The translations under genes and the position numbers were made by a program. Shown in pieces: positions 29,182 to 39,295 of a DNA stretch of 64,000 nucleotides. The stretch comes from Patescibacteria group bacterium (GTDB taxonomy: Bacteria > Patescibacteriota > Minisyncoccia > UBA6257 > JACRHW01), in the NCBI GenBank assembly GCA_028865725.1, contig JAGWJP010000002.1, positions 104,050-168,049 of the forward strand, given 5' to 3'. A model generated the notes under the pieces. It was not told the origin of the DNA. It saw nothing but the letters and a program-made list of their open reading frames with translations, and searched no databases. Every line of letters starts with the position of its first letter. Position 1 is the stretch's first letter.

Positions 29182-29324
29182 CGCTATACCTCTCTTTTCA
29201 CAGTGCTGTCTGCAGGGTAGCACATAAGTATGATTATGTAAAGTTTTCCACGAACGACACGGGTCTCATTGCCTCCTTCTCTACAGTAAATAAAATCCAC
29301 CACAAGAAACGTGGTGGAAAATCG

Positions 29325-29957
29325 TTATCGTCGGATCCGCTTATTCTTTGGGAAAAAGATATCAGTACCGAATTGATAAGCGTTCCACTCATTCACACTG
29401 GCATCAAGGGCGTACGTATGCCAGAAGTGATGGAACAACTCATGGCGTATCGTATTCTCATTTCCCAAGGAACTCACATCAAAAACTCTCTTGCGGGCCT
29501 TTACCCATATGTGCCCTGGCGGACTATATAAATCCTCGGGCGTTTCTAATCCATTTCCAGAATCGGCCATCATTGCTTCGCTTGTGACACGCAGCATTAC
29601 AGACGTACGCATATTCCTCCATTGATAAAGCGACGCATTCCACTGAGGAATCAGATACAGATTAGGATAGTAATGTGCGCAATAGGTAGGAAAGTCATAA
29701 TATGCTCTTACAATAACACGAGGAAGACCCTCTTCATGAAGTATCTGTACTCCCCCCTCACGTTCTACGTACACGGTCAGATTTCCTACCGCAATGGTTC
29801 TTACAGGCACATAACGCCACGGCGCGTACAAATCATAGATTGCTTTCACAGAAATTCCTCTCATTCCACATATGCATTGAACAATCACCACGGAGAGAAC
29901 AATAATCACGCCGCACTGAACCGCCTTATGAGCCCATACATTGCGTACGCGTTTCAC
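29325..29957 (-). CDS. Membrane-anchored hypothetical protein with HExxH zincin motif
   Basis: N-terminal hydrophobic helix; TIRHELFHHFW..NE..A. Confidence 0.6.
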   Translation of the reverse strand: MKRVRNVWAHKAVQCGVIIVLSVVIVQCICGMRGISVKAIYDLYAPWRYVPVRTIAVGNLTVYVEREGGVQILHEEGLPRVIVRAYYDFPTYCAHYYPNLYLIPQWNASLYQWRNMRTSVMLRVTSEAMMADSGNGLETPEDLYSPPGHIWVKARKRVFDVSSLGNENTIRHELFHHFWHTYALDASVNEWNAYQFGTDIFFPKNKRIRR

Positions 29958-30053
29958 GCATCTTCGCTCCTTTCAAGGTACTGCTATAATTTAACCATAA
30001 ATAATATTACGCGTCAAATACCTTGCGAGAATCTGCGTACAGACACAATGATC

Positions 30054-30884
30054 CTACCGCGCGTTGAAAAACCGCGTTGCGTTCATAAATGTAACCTGCT
30101 CTACCTCCTCAAACGCTATGCGCTTTACTTCCGCGATCTTCTCTGCCACTTTTTTTACGAATATCGGCTCATTACGCTCCCCTCGATGCGGCTCCGGCGC
30201 CACGTAGGGCGCATCCGTCTCAAGCACAATACGATCAAGCGGTACGTATGCGACATGCTCGCGATGTACATCGGCATTGCGAAAGGTAATCGCACCTCCA
30301 AACCCGATACAAAAACCGAGATCCAAAAACTTTTTTGCGGTCTCATTACTTCCCACAAAGAAGTGAATGATTCCAGGATTCTCTGGAAGATGATGCACCT
30401 CTGGTTTCAGAAGATCATAAAGGTCATCATACGCATCTTCTCCGCTCTCTGGTCGGCAATGAATCATGAGTGGTTTCTTATATTTTGTAGCCGCCTCAAG
30501 CTGAACCATAAAAATCTCCCTCTCTTTATCTCGTATTGCAGGCTCCTCGATTCGGAAGTAGTCGAGCCCACACTCGCCTATCATTGAGATGCCCGCATTC
30601 CGCGCAAGTTCATCGAAACGCGCCGCATCAAACTCTTCGTGATAATCCTCCCGTTTTTCTTGCGGATCATGATGGCGCACAAAATTAGTAGGATGAAACC
30701 CTGCAGTCGCATAAACCCCATCGAAACGGTATTGCTCAGCCAGTAAGAGTGCGGCACGAGAACTTATAATGTCAGTCCCTACATTGGCGAAATATACATC
30801 TGCAGTCTTAGCGCGCGTCAAAACCATATCACGATCGTCGTCAAATGCTGCAAATTGAACATGGGTGTGTGTATCGAAGAGCAT
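30054..30884 (-). CDS. tatD: TatD-family DNase
   Basis: DTHTH, GFHP, IGECGLDY, IHCR, LETDAPY. Confidence 0.95.
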   Translation of the reverse strand: MLFDTHTHVQFAAFDDDRDMVLTRAKTADVYFANVGTDIISSRAALLLAEQYRFDGVYATAGFHPTNFVRHHDPQEKREDYHEEFDAARFDELARNAGISMIGECGLDYFRIEEPAIRDKEREIFMVQLEAATKYKKPLMIHCRPESGEDAYDDLYDLLKPEVHHLPENPGIIHFFVGSNETAKKFLDLGFCIGFGGAITFRNADVHREHVAYVPLDRIVLETDAPYVAPEPHRGERNEPIFVKKVAEKIAEVKRIAFEEVEQVTFMNATRFFNAR

Positions 30885-30888
30885 ATCT

Positions 30889-31734
30889 CTATTGAGATTC
30901 TGATAGGGTATAGAAGTTTTCAAAAAGTTTGGCAACAAGAATAGGTCCTGTTCCTCCGGGAGTGGGCGTATAAAATGCGAGCCGTTTCATCTCCTCTGGT
31001 TCGGCATAAAGATCTCCCCGTAATTTCCCCTCTACCATACTTGTTCCAAAATCAATGACACCTGCGCCTTCCTTTACCATGTGTGCATGGATCAGTCCGG
31101 GAGATCCTGTTCCTGTAATCACGAGATCGGCATTTCGAATACCACAAGTACTGCTCAACAAATCGCTTTTTCGGGTCAGAATAGTAAGTTCTTTCACTCT
31201 GCCCTGCAACCATGTCGCGACAGGCTTCCCAATTAAAAAACCAACCCCCACCACCGCGACGCGCATCCTTTCTAAAACAAGTTTGCGATCATTACAAATC
31301 TCCTCAATCACTGATAGGGCGGGTGGCACCACAAGACTATCGCCATTATAAAATGCGCCGCGCGCCCGTTCGCCTAACACGTCCACATCCTTTGCGGCAT
31401 CAATGCTGTTTAAGAGCGCGTGGGACCCAAGATGAGATGCAAGAGGAAGTTGTACAAGTACGCCTCCGCAACGAGGTTCGCGCTGTACGTCTTCGATCTC
31501 ACGTCGAACTGCTTCCGCGGCAGCATGTTCTGGTAACTGATACAATCTAAACTCAACTCCTAACGCCTCCGCCACTTCTTCTTTCTTTTTCAAAAAATTC
31601 AACGAAACAAGGTTATCCCCCACTACAAACGCAGCCAAAAATCTATCCGGCTTTGTTCGAGCCGCAAGACGCACGATAATATCACGTGCCATCTCTTTAC
31701 CCTGTATACGATACCCCGCAGAAAAAGTATCCAT
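30889..31734 (-). CDS. folD: Methylenetetrahydrofolate dehydrogenase/cyclohydrolase
   Basis: GVLVQLPL, KDVD, GKP, TPTPGGTGP. Confidence 0.92.
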   Translation of the reverse strand: MDTFSAGYRIQGKEMARDIIVRLAARTKPDRFLAAFVVGDNLVSLNFLKKKEEVAEALGVEFRLYQLPEHAAAEAVRREIEDVQREPRCGGVLVQLPLASHLGSHALLNSIDAAKDVDVLGERARGAFYNGDSLVVPPALSVIEEICNDRKLVLERMRVAVVGVGFLIGKPVATWLQGRVKELTILTRKSDLLSSTCGIRNADLVITGTGSPGLIHAHMVKEGAGVIDFGTSMVEGKLRGDLYAEPEEMKRLAFYTPTPGGTGPILVAKLFENFYTLSESQ

Positions 31735-31770
31735 AGTTTTTTATAACATAAAAAAAGAAAAAGCCGTCAT

Positions 31771-32307
31771 CTATTGTGACGGCGGAGGTTCGGAAAAAAA
31801 TCCAATCGGAGGATTAAACCCGGCGAAATATTCTACAAGGTGATCAAACCATAACGCACGAGATTCAAAAAGATTAAACCCATTCGCATACACAAGCTTA
31901 AATATCGTAATAAGCTCAACGCCATCTGAAGTTTCTTCTAGTTGCACACCGTAGAGCACATCCGCATCAATTCCAAAACATCCCTTGATACGTGCAGTAA
32001 GTGACCTATAATACTGAGAAAATGTTCCATGTGCTACCAACTCATGATCGATTAGTTTTACGACGGCGCGCACATCTGCAATCGACACATGGCGTAATGC
32101 AGCTATCTTCTTAGTGCTTATAACATGAGAAACGCATTTTGTCTTAATATCGTAGAAAATACTTCGCATAGTACCCAACAATGTATGAATTTCGGCACCG
32201 CACACGATGCATTTTATTTCTTCATAGGATGATCCTGCATCCATAGAAAGAAGCGCTGTGGTGCAATACCTTGCATCTGCTTCGTGGGAATCGGCCACCT
32301 TTCTCAC
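31771..32307 (-). CDS. Hypothetical protein
   Basis: 178-aa ORF with AGGAGG site and a downstream terminator-like hairpin. Confidence 0.5.
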   Translation of the reverse strand: MRKVADSHEADARYCTTALLSMDAGSSYEEIKCIVCGAEIHTLLGTMRSIFYDIKTKCVSHVISTKKIAALRHVSIADVRAVVKLIDHELVAHGTFSQYYRSLTARIKGCFGIDADVLYGVQLEETSDGVELITIFKLVYANGFNLFESRALWFDHLVEYFAGFNPPIGFFSEPPPSQ

Positions 32308-32476
32308 CTCCTGTTATCAATCTCTGCTTTCTCTAGTATGCAGATAAATCCTTGTATTGCGCAAGAGCAAGAGCCACCCGCTTACAAGCCCTCACATAAA
32401 ACTTGACATAATATAATAAATATGATAGGAACAGATGTTGGTGGGAGAAATCTTACCAAAATTAAACCGGAGGTAT

Positions 32477-32743
32477 ATGAAAATGCTGTTCCTTTTGATG
32501 ATCCTTTGGCAATTTGTAACGGCGGGCGTGGCGGTGAAGCTCCTGTGGGGATGGTTCATTACTCCCTTCGGACTTCCTGCGCTCTCGGTGGCGCACGGGG
32601 TCGGGATTGCGATTCTTGCATCCTTCTGCACCATACAATACATCCCCCGGACGGACGAAGAACAGCGAAAAGCTTTTCTCTTTGAAACCCTTCTGCCCCT
32701 CCTCGCAATCGCCTGCGGATTCATTGCTCACTTGCTCATGTAA
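32477..32743 (+). CDS. Small membrane protein (phage-like LWGWFITPFGLPALS family)
   Basis: GGAGGT site, three hydrophobic segments, terminator at ~32747-32770. Confidence 0.65.
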   Translation: MKMLFLLMILWQFVTAGVAVKLLWGWFITPFGLPALSVAHGVGIAILASFCTIQYIPRTDEEQRKAFLFETLLPLLAIACGFIAHLLM

Positions 32744-32799
32744 ATCAAGCCTCCGCGAAGGAGGCTTTTTCATTATGAGCGAAGGTACACACAAGGCGG

Positions 32800-34479
32800 C
32801 TACTCGATGTTTACGTGATCCATGGAGTATTCGAGAGTAGCATTGGTTTTTTTGTGAGGATTAAAGATATCGTCCGGATCAAAAATATGTTTGATCTTCT
32901 TGAAAATCTCAAAAATTTCATCACCAAACATGTCGCGCAAATAGGCGCCCCGGACCATGCCGTCATTGTGCTCCCCTGTCATTGAGCCTTTATACTTAAA
33001 CACTAGGCTATATACTTTTTTAGACAATTCGGGAATAATTTCTTTGATATGCGGATTGTGAAAATCAGCAAGAGGAATAATGTGAAAGTTTCCATTGCCT
33101 ATATGCCCTGCGATAGTATAAATAAGATCATAGGGCTTTAGGATGGCATCAAGCTCGGGAAGAAAAGTGGCAAGGTCCTGTGGATGCACCACAATGTCAT
33201 CAATAAACGGCGCAGTCCTCTTCCCGCTTACATGTTTTCGAAGCAAGTTAAAACTCTCACGACGAATCACCCAATACTTTCTTGCTTCTTCCTCAGATGC
33301 CGTAATGCGCATGGTGAGATGCAACGGCAAAAGATCGGCTTGCGCCGCACGCGCTTTCTCCATTACTTCTTCTTCGGAATCTCCGGTAAACTCTGCCATC
33401 AAAATGAGCTTGGGCATACCGCCTGTTAACACCATCCACGCTTCTGGCAAAAATTGAAACGCAAGGTTAATAAGACTTGATCTAAAAAATTTGACAATGT
33501 CTGGGAAAAACTTTACTGCAAGCTGGAGCGTATGGTCATCGTACGACTCAAAACTTTCCGGATGATGCGCAAGTACGGCGTTCACCACCTTTGGCAATAC
33601 CGATACATCTTTCAAAAATACTACGAGAAGCGTGGAGTGTTTCTTGGGGCGAACAAGCCGATAGGTAATTTCAGTAATTGCGCCAAGCGTGCCCTGTGAA
33701 CCGACAAATAATTTGGTGAGATCAAAGAAGCCTGTTTTCTTGTCCCAGACATCCCATATCTGATATCCTGCGGAGTTCTTTGATACCGTAGGGCGCGCTG
33801 CCTGAATTATATCGTAATGATCACTAAGCAGCTTGAAGCTGTCGCGGTACACAGATCCTTCAAACGTATTGAGCTGCATTTTTTGGTCAAGCTCCTCCTT
33901 CGTGAGCGCATGGAACGCATACTCATGACTATCGGATAACACCACCTTCAACGCATCAACATAACGAATCGTCTGGCCGTACACCAATGTTTTTTCTCCC
34001 GCAGAGTTATTCGCCGCCATGCCGCCCACCGTACATATCTCGCGCGAGGCGGGATACGTAGGAAGCAAAAATCCCTTTGCAAGCGTTGCCTTTTCAAAAT
34101 CCCTATAGTAAACACCCGGCTCCACTACGGCATATCCTTCTTCTGCATTCCGGGGATTCGTACCCACCTCCAAAATGTGATTGAAGTAACGCGTCATGTC
34201 GACAAGGAGGGACTCGGTAATGGAGCCGCCGCTCATATCAGTCCCTCCGGAACGCATCGTAAGCGAAAGATGATCGTCTCTATGCTGACGGACAAAAGCG
34301 ATCACTTGCTCCAGATCATCTTTATTTTTTGGATAGATCACCGCACGCGGCTCCAGCTCAAAAATGCTCGCATCATGGTTGTGTGCGGTACGCGTCGATT
34401 CATCCGTGGCGACTTCGCCTTTGATGAGGTGAGAAAGTTCTGTGGTGGCGTCGATCATAGGATGATAAGAAAAAACCAT
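32800..34479 (-). CDS. FAD-linked oxidase (GlcD/D-lactate dehydrogenase family)
   Basis: RSGGTDMSG, GGMAANNSAG, GSQGTLG, GHIGNGNFH, GEHNDG, FDP..IFNP. Confidence 0.9.
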   Translation of the reverse strand: MVFSYHPMIDATTELSHLIKGEVATDESTRTAHNHDASIFELEPRAVIYPKNKDDLEQVIAFVRQHRDDHLSLTMRSGGTDMSGGSITESLLVDMTRYFNHILEVGTNPRNAEEGYAVVEPGVYYRDFEKATLAKGFLLPTYPASREICTVGGMAANNSAGEKTLVYGQTIRYVDALKVVLSDSHEYAFHALTKEELDQKMQLNTFEGSVYRDSFKLLSDHYDIIQAARPTVSKNSAGYQIWDVWDKKTGFFDLTKLFVGSQGTLGAITEITYRLVRPKKHSTLLVVFLKDVSVLPKVVNAVLAHHPESFESYDDHTLQLAVKFFPDIVKFFRSSLINLAFQFLPEAWMVLTGGMPKLILMAEFTGDSEEEVMEKARAAQADLLPLHLTMRITASEEEARKYWVIRRESFNLLRKHVSGKRTAPFIDDIVVHPQDLATFLPELDAILKPYDLIYTIAGHIGNGNFHIIPLADFHNPHIKEIIPELSKKVYSLVFKYKGSMTGEHNDGMVRGAYLRDMFGDEIFEIFKKIKHIFDPDDIFNPHKKTNATLEYSMDHVNIE

Positions 34480-35693
34480 TATCCCTTCACAGGGAACTTT
34501 TTACATAATGCCCGAATCTCGTTTTTCACATTCTTGTGTTCAACAATAACCCCATGAATCATATGAGCCACGCGTACCATCTCCTTTTCTTTCATTCCAC
34601 GCGTCGTGAGCGTAGGCGTTCCCATACGAATTCCTGATGGATCCATCGGCGAACGCGTATCAAACGGGATCGTATTCTTATTCACAATAATACCATTCTT
34701 TTCAAGTAGCGTGCTCGCCTCGCCTCCGGGAATGCCGCGCGCAAACGTGTCGATCAGTAAAAGATGGGTGTCAGTACCCCCCGATACAATCCGCCATCCA
34801 AGATACTGCAATTCTTTGGCAAGGACGCGCGCATTCTGTACCACCTGTTTTGCATAATCACGAAACGCGGGCTGCGCGGCCTCCTCGAGGGCCACGGCCG
34901 TACCTGCGATTTGGTTGACATGAGGTCCTCCCTGAAACCCGGGAAACACAGCTTTGTCGATTGCTTTTGCAAGATCGCTTTTACAGAAAATCATCGCACC
35001 GCGTGGACCTCGAAGCGTTTTGTGAGTAGTGGTCGTTACAATATCCGCATAAGGGAACGGGCTTGGAATCGCTCTTCCTGCCACAAGCCCTGCAAAGTGG
35101 GACATATCCACCATAAAATACGCATGTACGGTATCCGCAATCTTTCGCAATGCTCCAAAGTCTATTTTCCTCGGATATGCAGTAAACCCTGCCACAATGA
35201 GCTTTGGCTGTTCCTGGATCGCAAGATTCGCCAATTGTGCATAATCGAGCATTTCAGTACTCTTGTTCACACCATAAGGCACCTGTTTCCATGCATTCCC
35301 CGTAAAACTTACTTTGTGGCCGTGCGTAAGATGCCCTCCCATATCAAGCTGCATTCCCATAATCTTTTCACCGAGCGGCACGAGGCCCGCATACACCGCT
35401 AGATTTGCAGGAGAACCAGAATAGGGCTGCACATTCACATGCCACTTCTTCGGCGACAGACGAAACGCACGAAGCGCACGCTCCCTACACAATTGCTCTA
35501 CTTCATCTACCACCTCATTCCCTGCATAATATCGTCTCCCCGGATACCCTTCCGCGTATTTATTCGTAAACACCGATCCTAAGGCATCGCGGACACCTTG
35601 CGACACAATATTTTCAGAAGGAATCAAATCCAACGTCTCCTCTTGGCGCACGGTTTCTTTTTTTATAAGATTTCCGATCACACGATCTTTCAT
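34479..35693 (-). CDS. glyA: Serine hydroxymethyltransferase
   Basis: LIPSEN, NKYAEGYPGRRYY, GGHLTHG, TTTTHKTLRGPRG. Confidence 0.98.
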   Translation of the reverse strand: MKDRVIGNLIKKETVRQEETLDLIPSENIVSQGVRDALGSVFTNKYAEGYPGRRYYAGNEVVDEVEQLCRERALRAFRLSPKKWHVNVQPYSGSPANLAVYAGLVPLGEKIMGMQLDMGGHLTHGHKVSFTGNAWKQVPYGVNKSTEMLDYAQLANLAIQEQPKLIVAGFTAYPRKIDFGALRKIADTVHAYFMVDMSHFAGLVAGRAIPSPFPYADIVTTTTHKTLRGPRGAMIFCKSDLAKAIDKAVFPGFQGGPHVNQIAGTAVALEEAAQPAFRDYAKQVVQNARVLAKELQYLGWRIVSGGTDTHLLLIDTFARGIPGGEASTLLEKNGIIVNKNTIPFDTRSPMDPSGIRMGTPTLTTRGMKEKEMVRVAHMIHGVIVEHKNVKNEIRALCKKFPVKG

Positions 35694-35839
35694 AATTTAT
35701 TTTAATTTTGTCTATCACGACACAAACGGACATTTCGTTATTTACTGTACCATATTTTTTACAGGAGAAAAAACAAACCCCCTTAATGAAAAGGTGGGGT
35801 TTGAAGAATTAAAGATGTTTCACTCCTTTTAAGTCCGGC

Positions 35840-36469
35840 TTATTTGTTATAATCAGCCGGATATTCTACGCGTGGATTAAAACCACCCTTTTTTAGTGCC
35901 TCGGTAATTTTATTTTGCTCCTCTTCCAAATCAATAATATCGCCACGAAGAACTTGTTCTTCTGCATCGTTTAACATCCCCCTCCCCTCGCGAAGTCTAG
36001 CACGCATCCTCTCGATCTCTTTTTGCAATCTCTTCCATTCATCGACTTGCCGCAATGCCTCTTTGTTTTTTTTGATATTTTCAGTATCCTTCACTATCCT
36101 CTCTTTATAAAAAAGATCTTTCATAAATCCCCAGAAATTTTTTTTCGGTGTCACCACTGTTTCTTTTTCTCCTGTATTTTTATCCGTAGGCGGAATAACA
36201 AATTTTTCAGGTTTTTTTTCCTCTATTCCAGGAAACTTCCTTCCTCCTGCTGTTTCAAGAATCTTTGCGCGCAAATTTTTTTCTTCTTCCCGTTTAGCAG
36301 CCAGACGAGATCGTTCTTCATCAGTCATCGGTCCGATCTCCGGCCCCTCGTTTTTTCTCGGCTTTGGAAAAGAAAACGAAGGTTTTACTAACTCGGTTAC
36401 GTGGCGTTGCGTCACGTCATCAAGTGGTCGCGATAATTGTTCCTTTTTTTTAATAGCAGGTCCTTCCAT
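35840..36469 (-). CDS. Charged hypothetical protein
   Basis: 209-aa K/E-rich ORF. Confidence 0.65.
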   Translation of the reverse strand: MEGPAIKKKEQLSRPLDDVTQRHVTELVKPSFSFPKPRKNEGPEIGPMTDEERSRLAAKREEEKNLRAKILETAGGRKFPGIEEKKPEKFVIPPTDKNTGEKETVVTPKKNFWGFMKDLFYKERIVKDTENIKKNKEALRQVDEWKRLQKEIERMRARLREGRGMLNDAEEQVLRGDIIDLEEEQNKITEALKKGGFNPRVEYPADYNK

Positions 36470-36537
36470 AAAAATTGATATATTAATTTAGTGAGTGCAT
36501 CATGTATAATTTTAGTATAGAGGAGTTACGCACTTCG

Positions 36538-37143
36538 TCAATCTGGCACGAACTGTTTTCTTCCCCAACGATCGCGCAGGGTGTGTATAATAATGGGCAA
36601 AAACGAACTCGCAAAAATAAGCCCTAAGACAAGCGCGATGTGCGACTCTAGATTTGGGAAATGGATTCCAAAATAAAATCCGGAAAATACAAACACACAC
36701 ATCCATCCTACAATACCCAGCACATCATAAAGAAAAAATAGTGGGAAGAACATGCGCCCTATTCCTGCAAGTGTGGGGACAAAACTCCTCACAATAGGGA
36801 AAAAACGGCCGATCACCACAGTGCTCTTTCCATACCGCTCATAAAAGGCCTCTGCGCGTGCGACATGTTGCTTGTGAAAAAATTTGTGTGTTTCGCTGAC
36901 AAACACTCTTCTTCCCCCCGCTTTCCCCACAAAATAGCCGAGCATATCGCCAAGCACCGCAGCCACGATCACGAGAGTACACACTACCCCAATACGAAAC
37001 TCTCCCTGCGCAGAAAGAATTCCCGCCGCAAAAAGCAACGTATCACCGGGCAAGAAAAACCCAAAAAACAACCCTGTTTCCGCAAACACAATGCCTGCGA
37101 GCCCCACATAACCAAATGTATGAAGAAGTGTGGTTGGATCCAT
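36538..37143 (-). CDS. DedA-family membrane protein
   Basis: FAETGLFFGFFLPGD, GRF.PIVRSF.P. Confidence 0.93.
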   Translation of the reverse strand: MDPTTLLHTFGYVGLAGIVFAETGLFFGFFLPGDTLLFAAGILSAQGEFRIGVVCTLVIVAAVLGDMLGYFVGKAGGRRVFVSETHKFFHKQHVARAEAFYERYGKSTVVIGRFFPIVRSFVPTLAGIGRMFFPLFFLYDVLGIVGWMCVFVFSGFYFGIHFPNLESHIALVLGLIFASSFLPIIIHTLRDRWGRKQFVPD

Positions 37144-37147
37144 ATTA

Positions 37148-37621
37148 CTATTGTTTTTCTGTTCCCTGCTTTAAGGACGCAATATCGCCTAATAATTTAC
37201 GCAAATCATTTTCAATATTTACAATCGCGCGTTGTGTTTTTTCCTCTTCCCCTTCCTCCTCTTCATCCTCTTCTTGCATCTTATCGATATCCTCTTCGAT
37301 TTCTTTCACATCCTCTTGCATTTCTTCCACATCATCACCCAGCCCCTTCACCTCTTCCTCAATGCTTTCCAAGTCATCGCTCACGTCGGCAATGGTTTCG
37401 ATGCTTCGATTCACCGTCATCTGAATAAAGATTGCGAGATAGATCGCTTCAAGCGATACAGCTGTTGTCAAAATAAGGAGGATGCTATCCGTTGTGACCC
37501 CTAAAAAATAAAAACCAAAAATCCCTATAAATAAAAAGGTGTGGACAATAATCGACGCGGGAGTCCCCACCCACTGCGTTGCCTTGATCGCCAGGCGTTC
37601 GATGGGAGAATCAGTATACAC
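37148..37621 (-). CDS. DUF1003-family membrane protein with acidic coiled coil
   Basis: LTT.VSLEAIYLAIFIQM..NR. Confidence 0.8.
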   Translation of the reverse strand: MYTDSPIERLAIKATQWVGTPASIIVHTFLFIGIFGFYFLGVTTDSILLILTTAVSLEAIYLAIFIQMTVNRSIETIADVSDDLESIEEEVKGLGDDVEEMQEDVKEIEEDIDKMQEEDEEEEGEEEKTQRAIVNIENDLRKLLGDIASLKQGTEKQ

Positions 37622-37640
37622 AAAATAACGCTTACGTCAC

Positions 37641-38438
37641 TTAATTAATTTCATATGTGAGTGATTCGGTCACCTTCACTTCATTTGAACCCGGCTCTAT
37701 TTGCGGCGCTACTGCTTGCGGCGCTACTGCTGCCCGTTCAAGTCCAACTGACACGCCTGAATACCCACCGTAGGGCAACGAGGATTCTCCCTCTTGTACG
37801 GAAATAAGTTTACCAAGTTGAAAACCGCCTGCTTTCGCCACCATCTCTGCCTGTGCTCTTGCTTTCATAAGCGCATCGGCGCGCGCTGCGTTCATAGAGG
37901 TGGTTTCATCATCCACGATAAAAGAAAGCTGCGAGACAGAATTGGCGCCCTTTGCAACCACCCCGGCAAGGATGTCGCCAACAGTGGTAAAATCACGCAC
38001 CTTCACCTGAACATTCTGGGAAATAGTATACCCCGCAATATTGGGAGGAGGACATGGTCTTGAAATGCCGCCATTCGGGACCAGCACGACGCCGCATGAC
38101 GAGTACTCATACCGCGGCGCTACGCTATAACCCGTCGTCTTTATATCTTTTTTGTCGACGCCCTTTGACTTCACAAAATCAACTGCGGCATTTACCTTGT
38201 CGGTATTCATTTTCTGCAAATCAGCAAGATTTTTACCTCCTTCTGTAATCACGCTAAACGAAAACTCCGCCACATCGGGCAACGCGATCGCCTTCCCTTC
38301 CGCAGAGACTGTAAAATTGCGCTGTTCCGCAAGCTGTCCATAGGAGTGCACATACGAGACTCCTACGAACACAAGCGTCGCGAGAACCACAATCCCCATA
38401 ATCCCCACCCCGTTTTTAATTCTTGTATCCATAAACAA
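37641..38438 (-). CDS. SIMPL/DUF541 protein
   Basis: TVSAEGKA..PD.A, A..KARAQA, IEPG..EV..TYEI. Confidence 0.9.
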   Translation of the reverse strand: MFMDTRIKNGVGIMGIVVLATLVFVGVSYVHSYGQLAEQRNFTVSAEGKAIALPDVAEFSFSVITEGGKNLADLQKMNTDKVNAAVDFVKSKGVDKKDIKTTGYSVAPRYEYSSCGVVLVPNGGISRPCPPPNIAGYTISQNVQVKVRDFTTVGDILAGVVAKGANSVSQLSFIVDDETTSMNAARADALMKARAQAEMVAKAGGFQLGKLISVQEGESSLPYGGYSGVSVGLERAAVAPQAVAPQIEPGSNEVKVTESLTYEIN

Positions 38439-38508
38439 TAATAAGATAAGTCGTTACTTCAATCATAGCAGATCTGCAGTAAACCACCAATACAATCCCA
38501 CTGTCACA

Positions 38509-39249
38509 TTATGCCGCAAGGGAAAAATCCTCATCCTCTACCAATGTCGGGTCGGACATCTCCTCTTCCCATTGTTCTCGGATACGTTCATTCAACATTT
38601 CATGTTTTCCTTTTGATAGCCCGCCCAACTCCTCAACCTCTCGTTCGTAGGTATCAAGCTGATCAATCCGTAACCACCGCATAAAATCGTGCTTCGTGTG
38701 AAAAAGTTTGAAAAGATCAACATGATGCGTATCCCGAATGGTGCGCGCAATATGAATCGCCGCGGCCCATGCATCCCGTTCTTCTTGTAAATTAATTTGT
38801 GCACCTTCTGAAACCTTTACATCATACGTCATACGCCATAAATCTACAGTCTTTTTCTTTTCCGGATTTTCCTCTCCCCATTTTTTCCATTTTGGAAATA
38901 TCTGTAAATGTCCAAGCTCGTGTAAAAACGTAAAAATATTTTTTGGATCACGCAACTCTTCTACCGTGAGAACGATAAAAAAGTTTTTCGTGTTTGCACC
39001 CCACCCGGGTTGTTCTCGAATTCCTATCTTCTTTGGGACACCGTCTTCCTCTCTCACGAAATCAGTAAATTCTAAAATAGTTCCGTCTTCGCTTTCTAAA
39101 AAAATACGAAGTGTGTTTTGATTCAAATCCTGACGAACCACTACATAGTGGTGGTTATTGTCGAGCGGAGTTCTCAACACTTCTTTTAAATCTTTAACCG
39201 CTTCCTTTTTGTTTTTAGGATCCGATTCTTTTTGTAATAAATTCTCCAT
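38509..39249 (-). CDS. Hypothetical protein with HExxH metallopeptidase motif
   Basis: FLHELGH..EERDAW. Confidence 0.65.
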   Translation of the reverse strand: MENLLQKESDPKNKKEAVKDLKEVLRTPLDNNHHYVVVRQDLNQNTLRIFLESEDGTILEFTDFVREEDGVPKKIGIREQPGWGANTKNFFIVLTVEELRDPKNIFTFLHELGHLQIFPKWKKWGEENPEKKKTVDLWRMTYDVKVSEGAQINLQEERDAWAAAIHIARTIRDTHHVDLFKLFHTKHDFMRWLRIDQLDTYEREVEELGGLSKGKHEMLNERIREQWEEEMSDPTLVEDEDFSLAA

Positions 39250-39295
39250 ACGTTATTTATTCCTATGTTGCACAACAAAAGATATTGTATAGATT

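Noticed and set aside
29622-30587. 321-aa plus-strand ORF, and similar antisense ORFs such as 2107-2910 and 23327-24031
   Set aside because: They are antisense to well-supported genes and carry no recognisable motifs.
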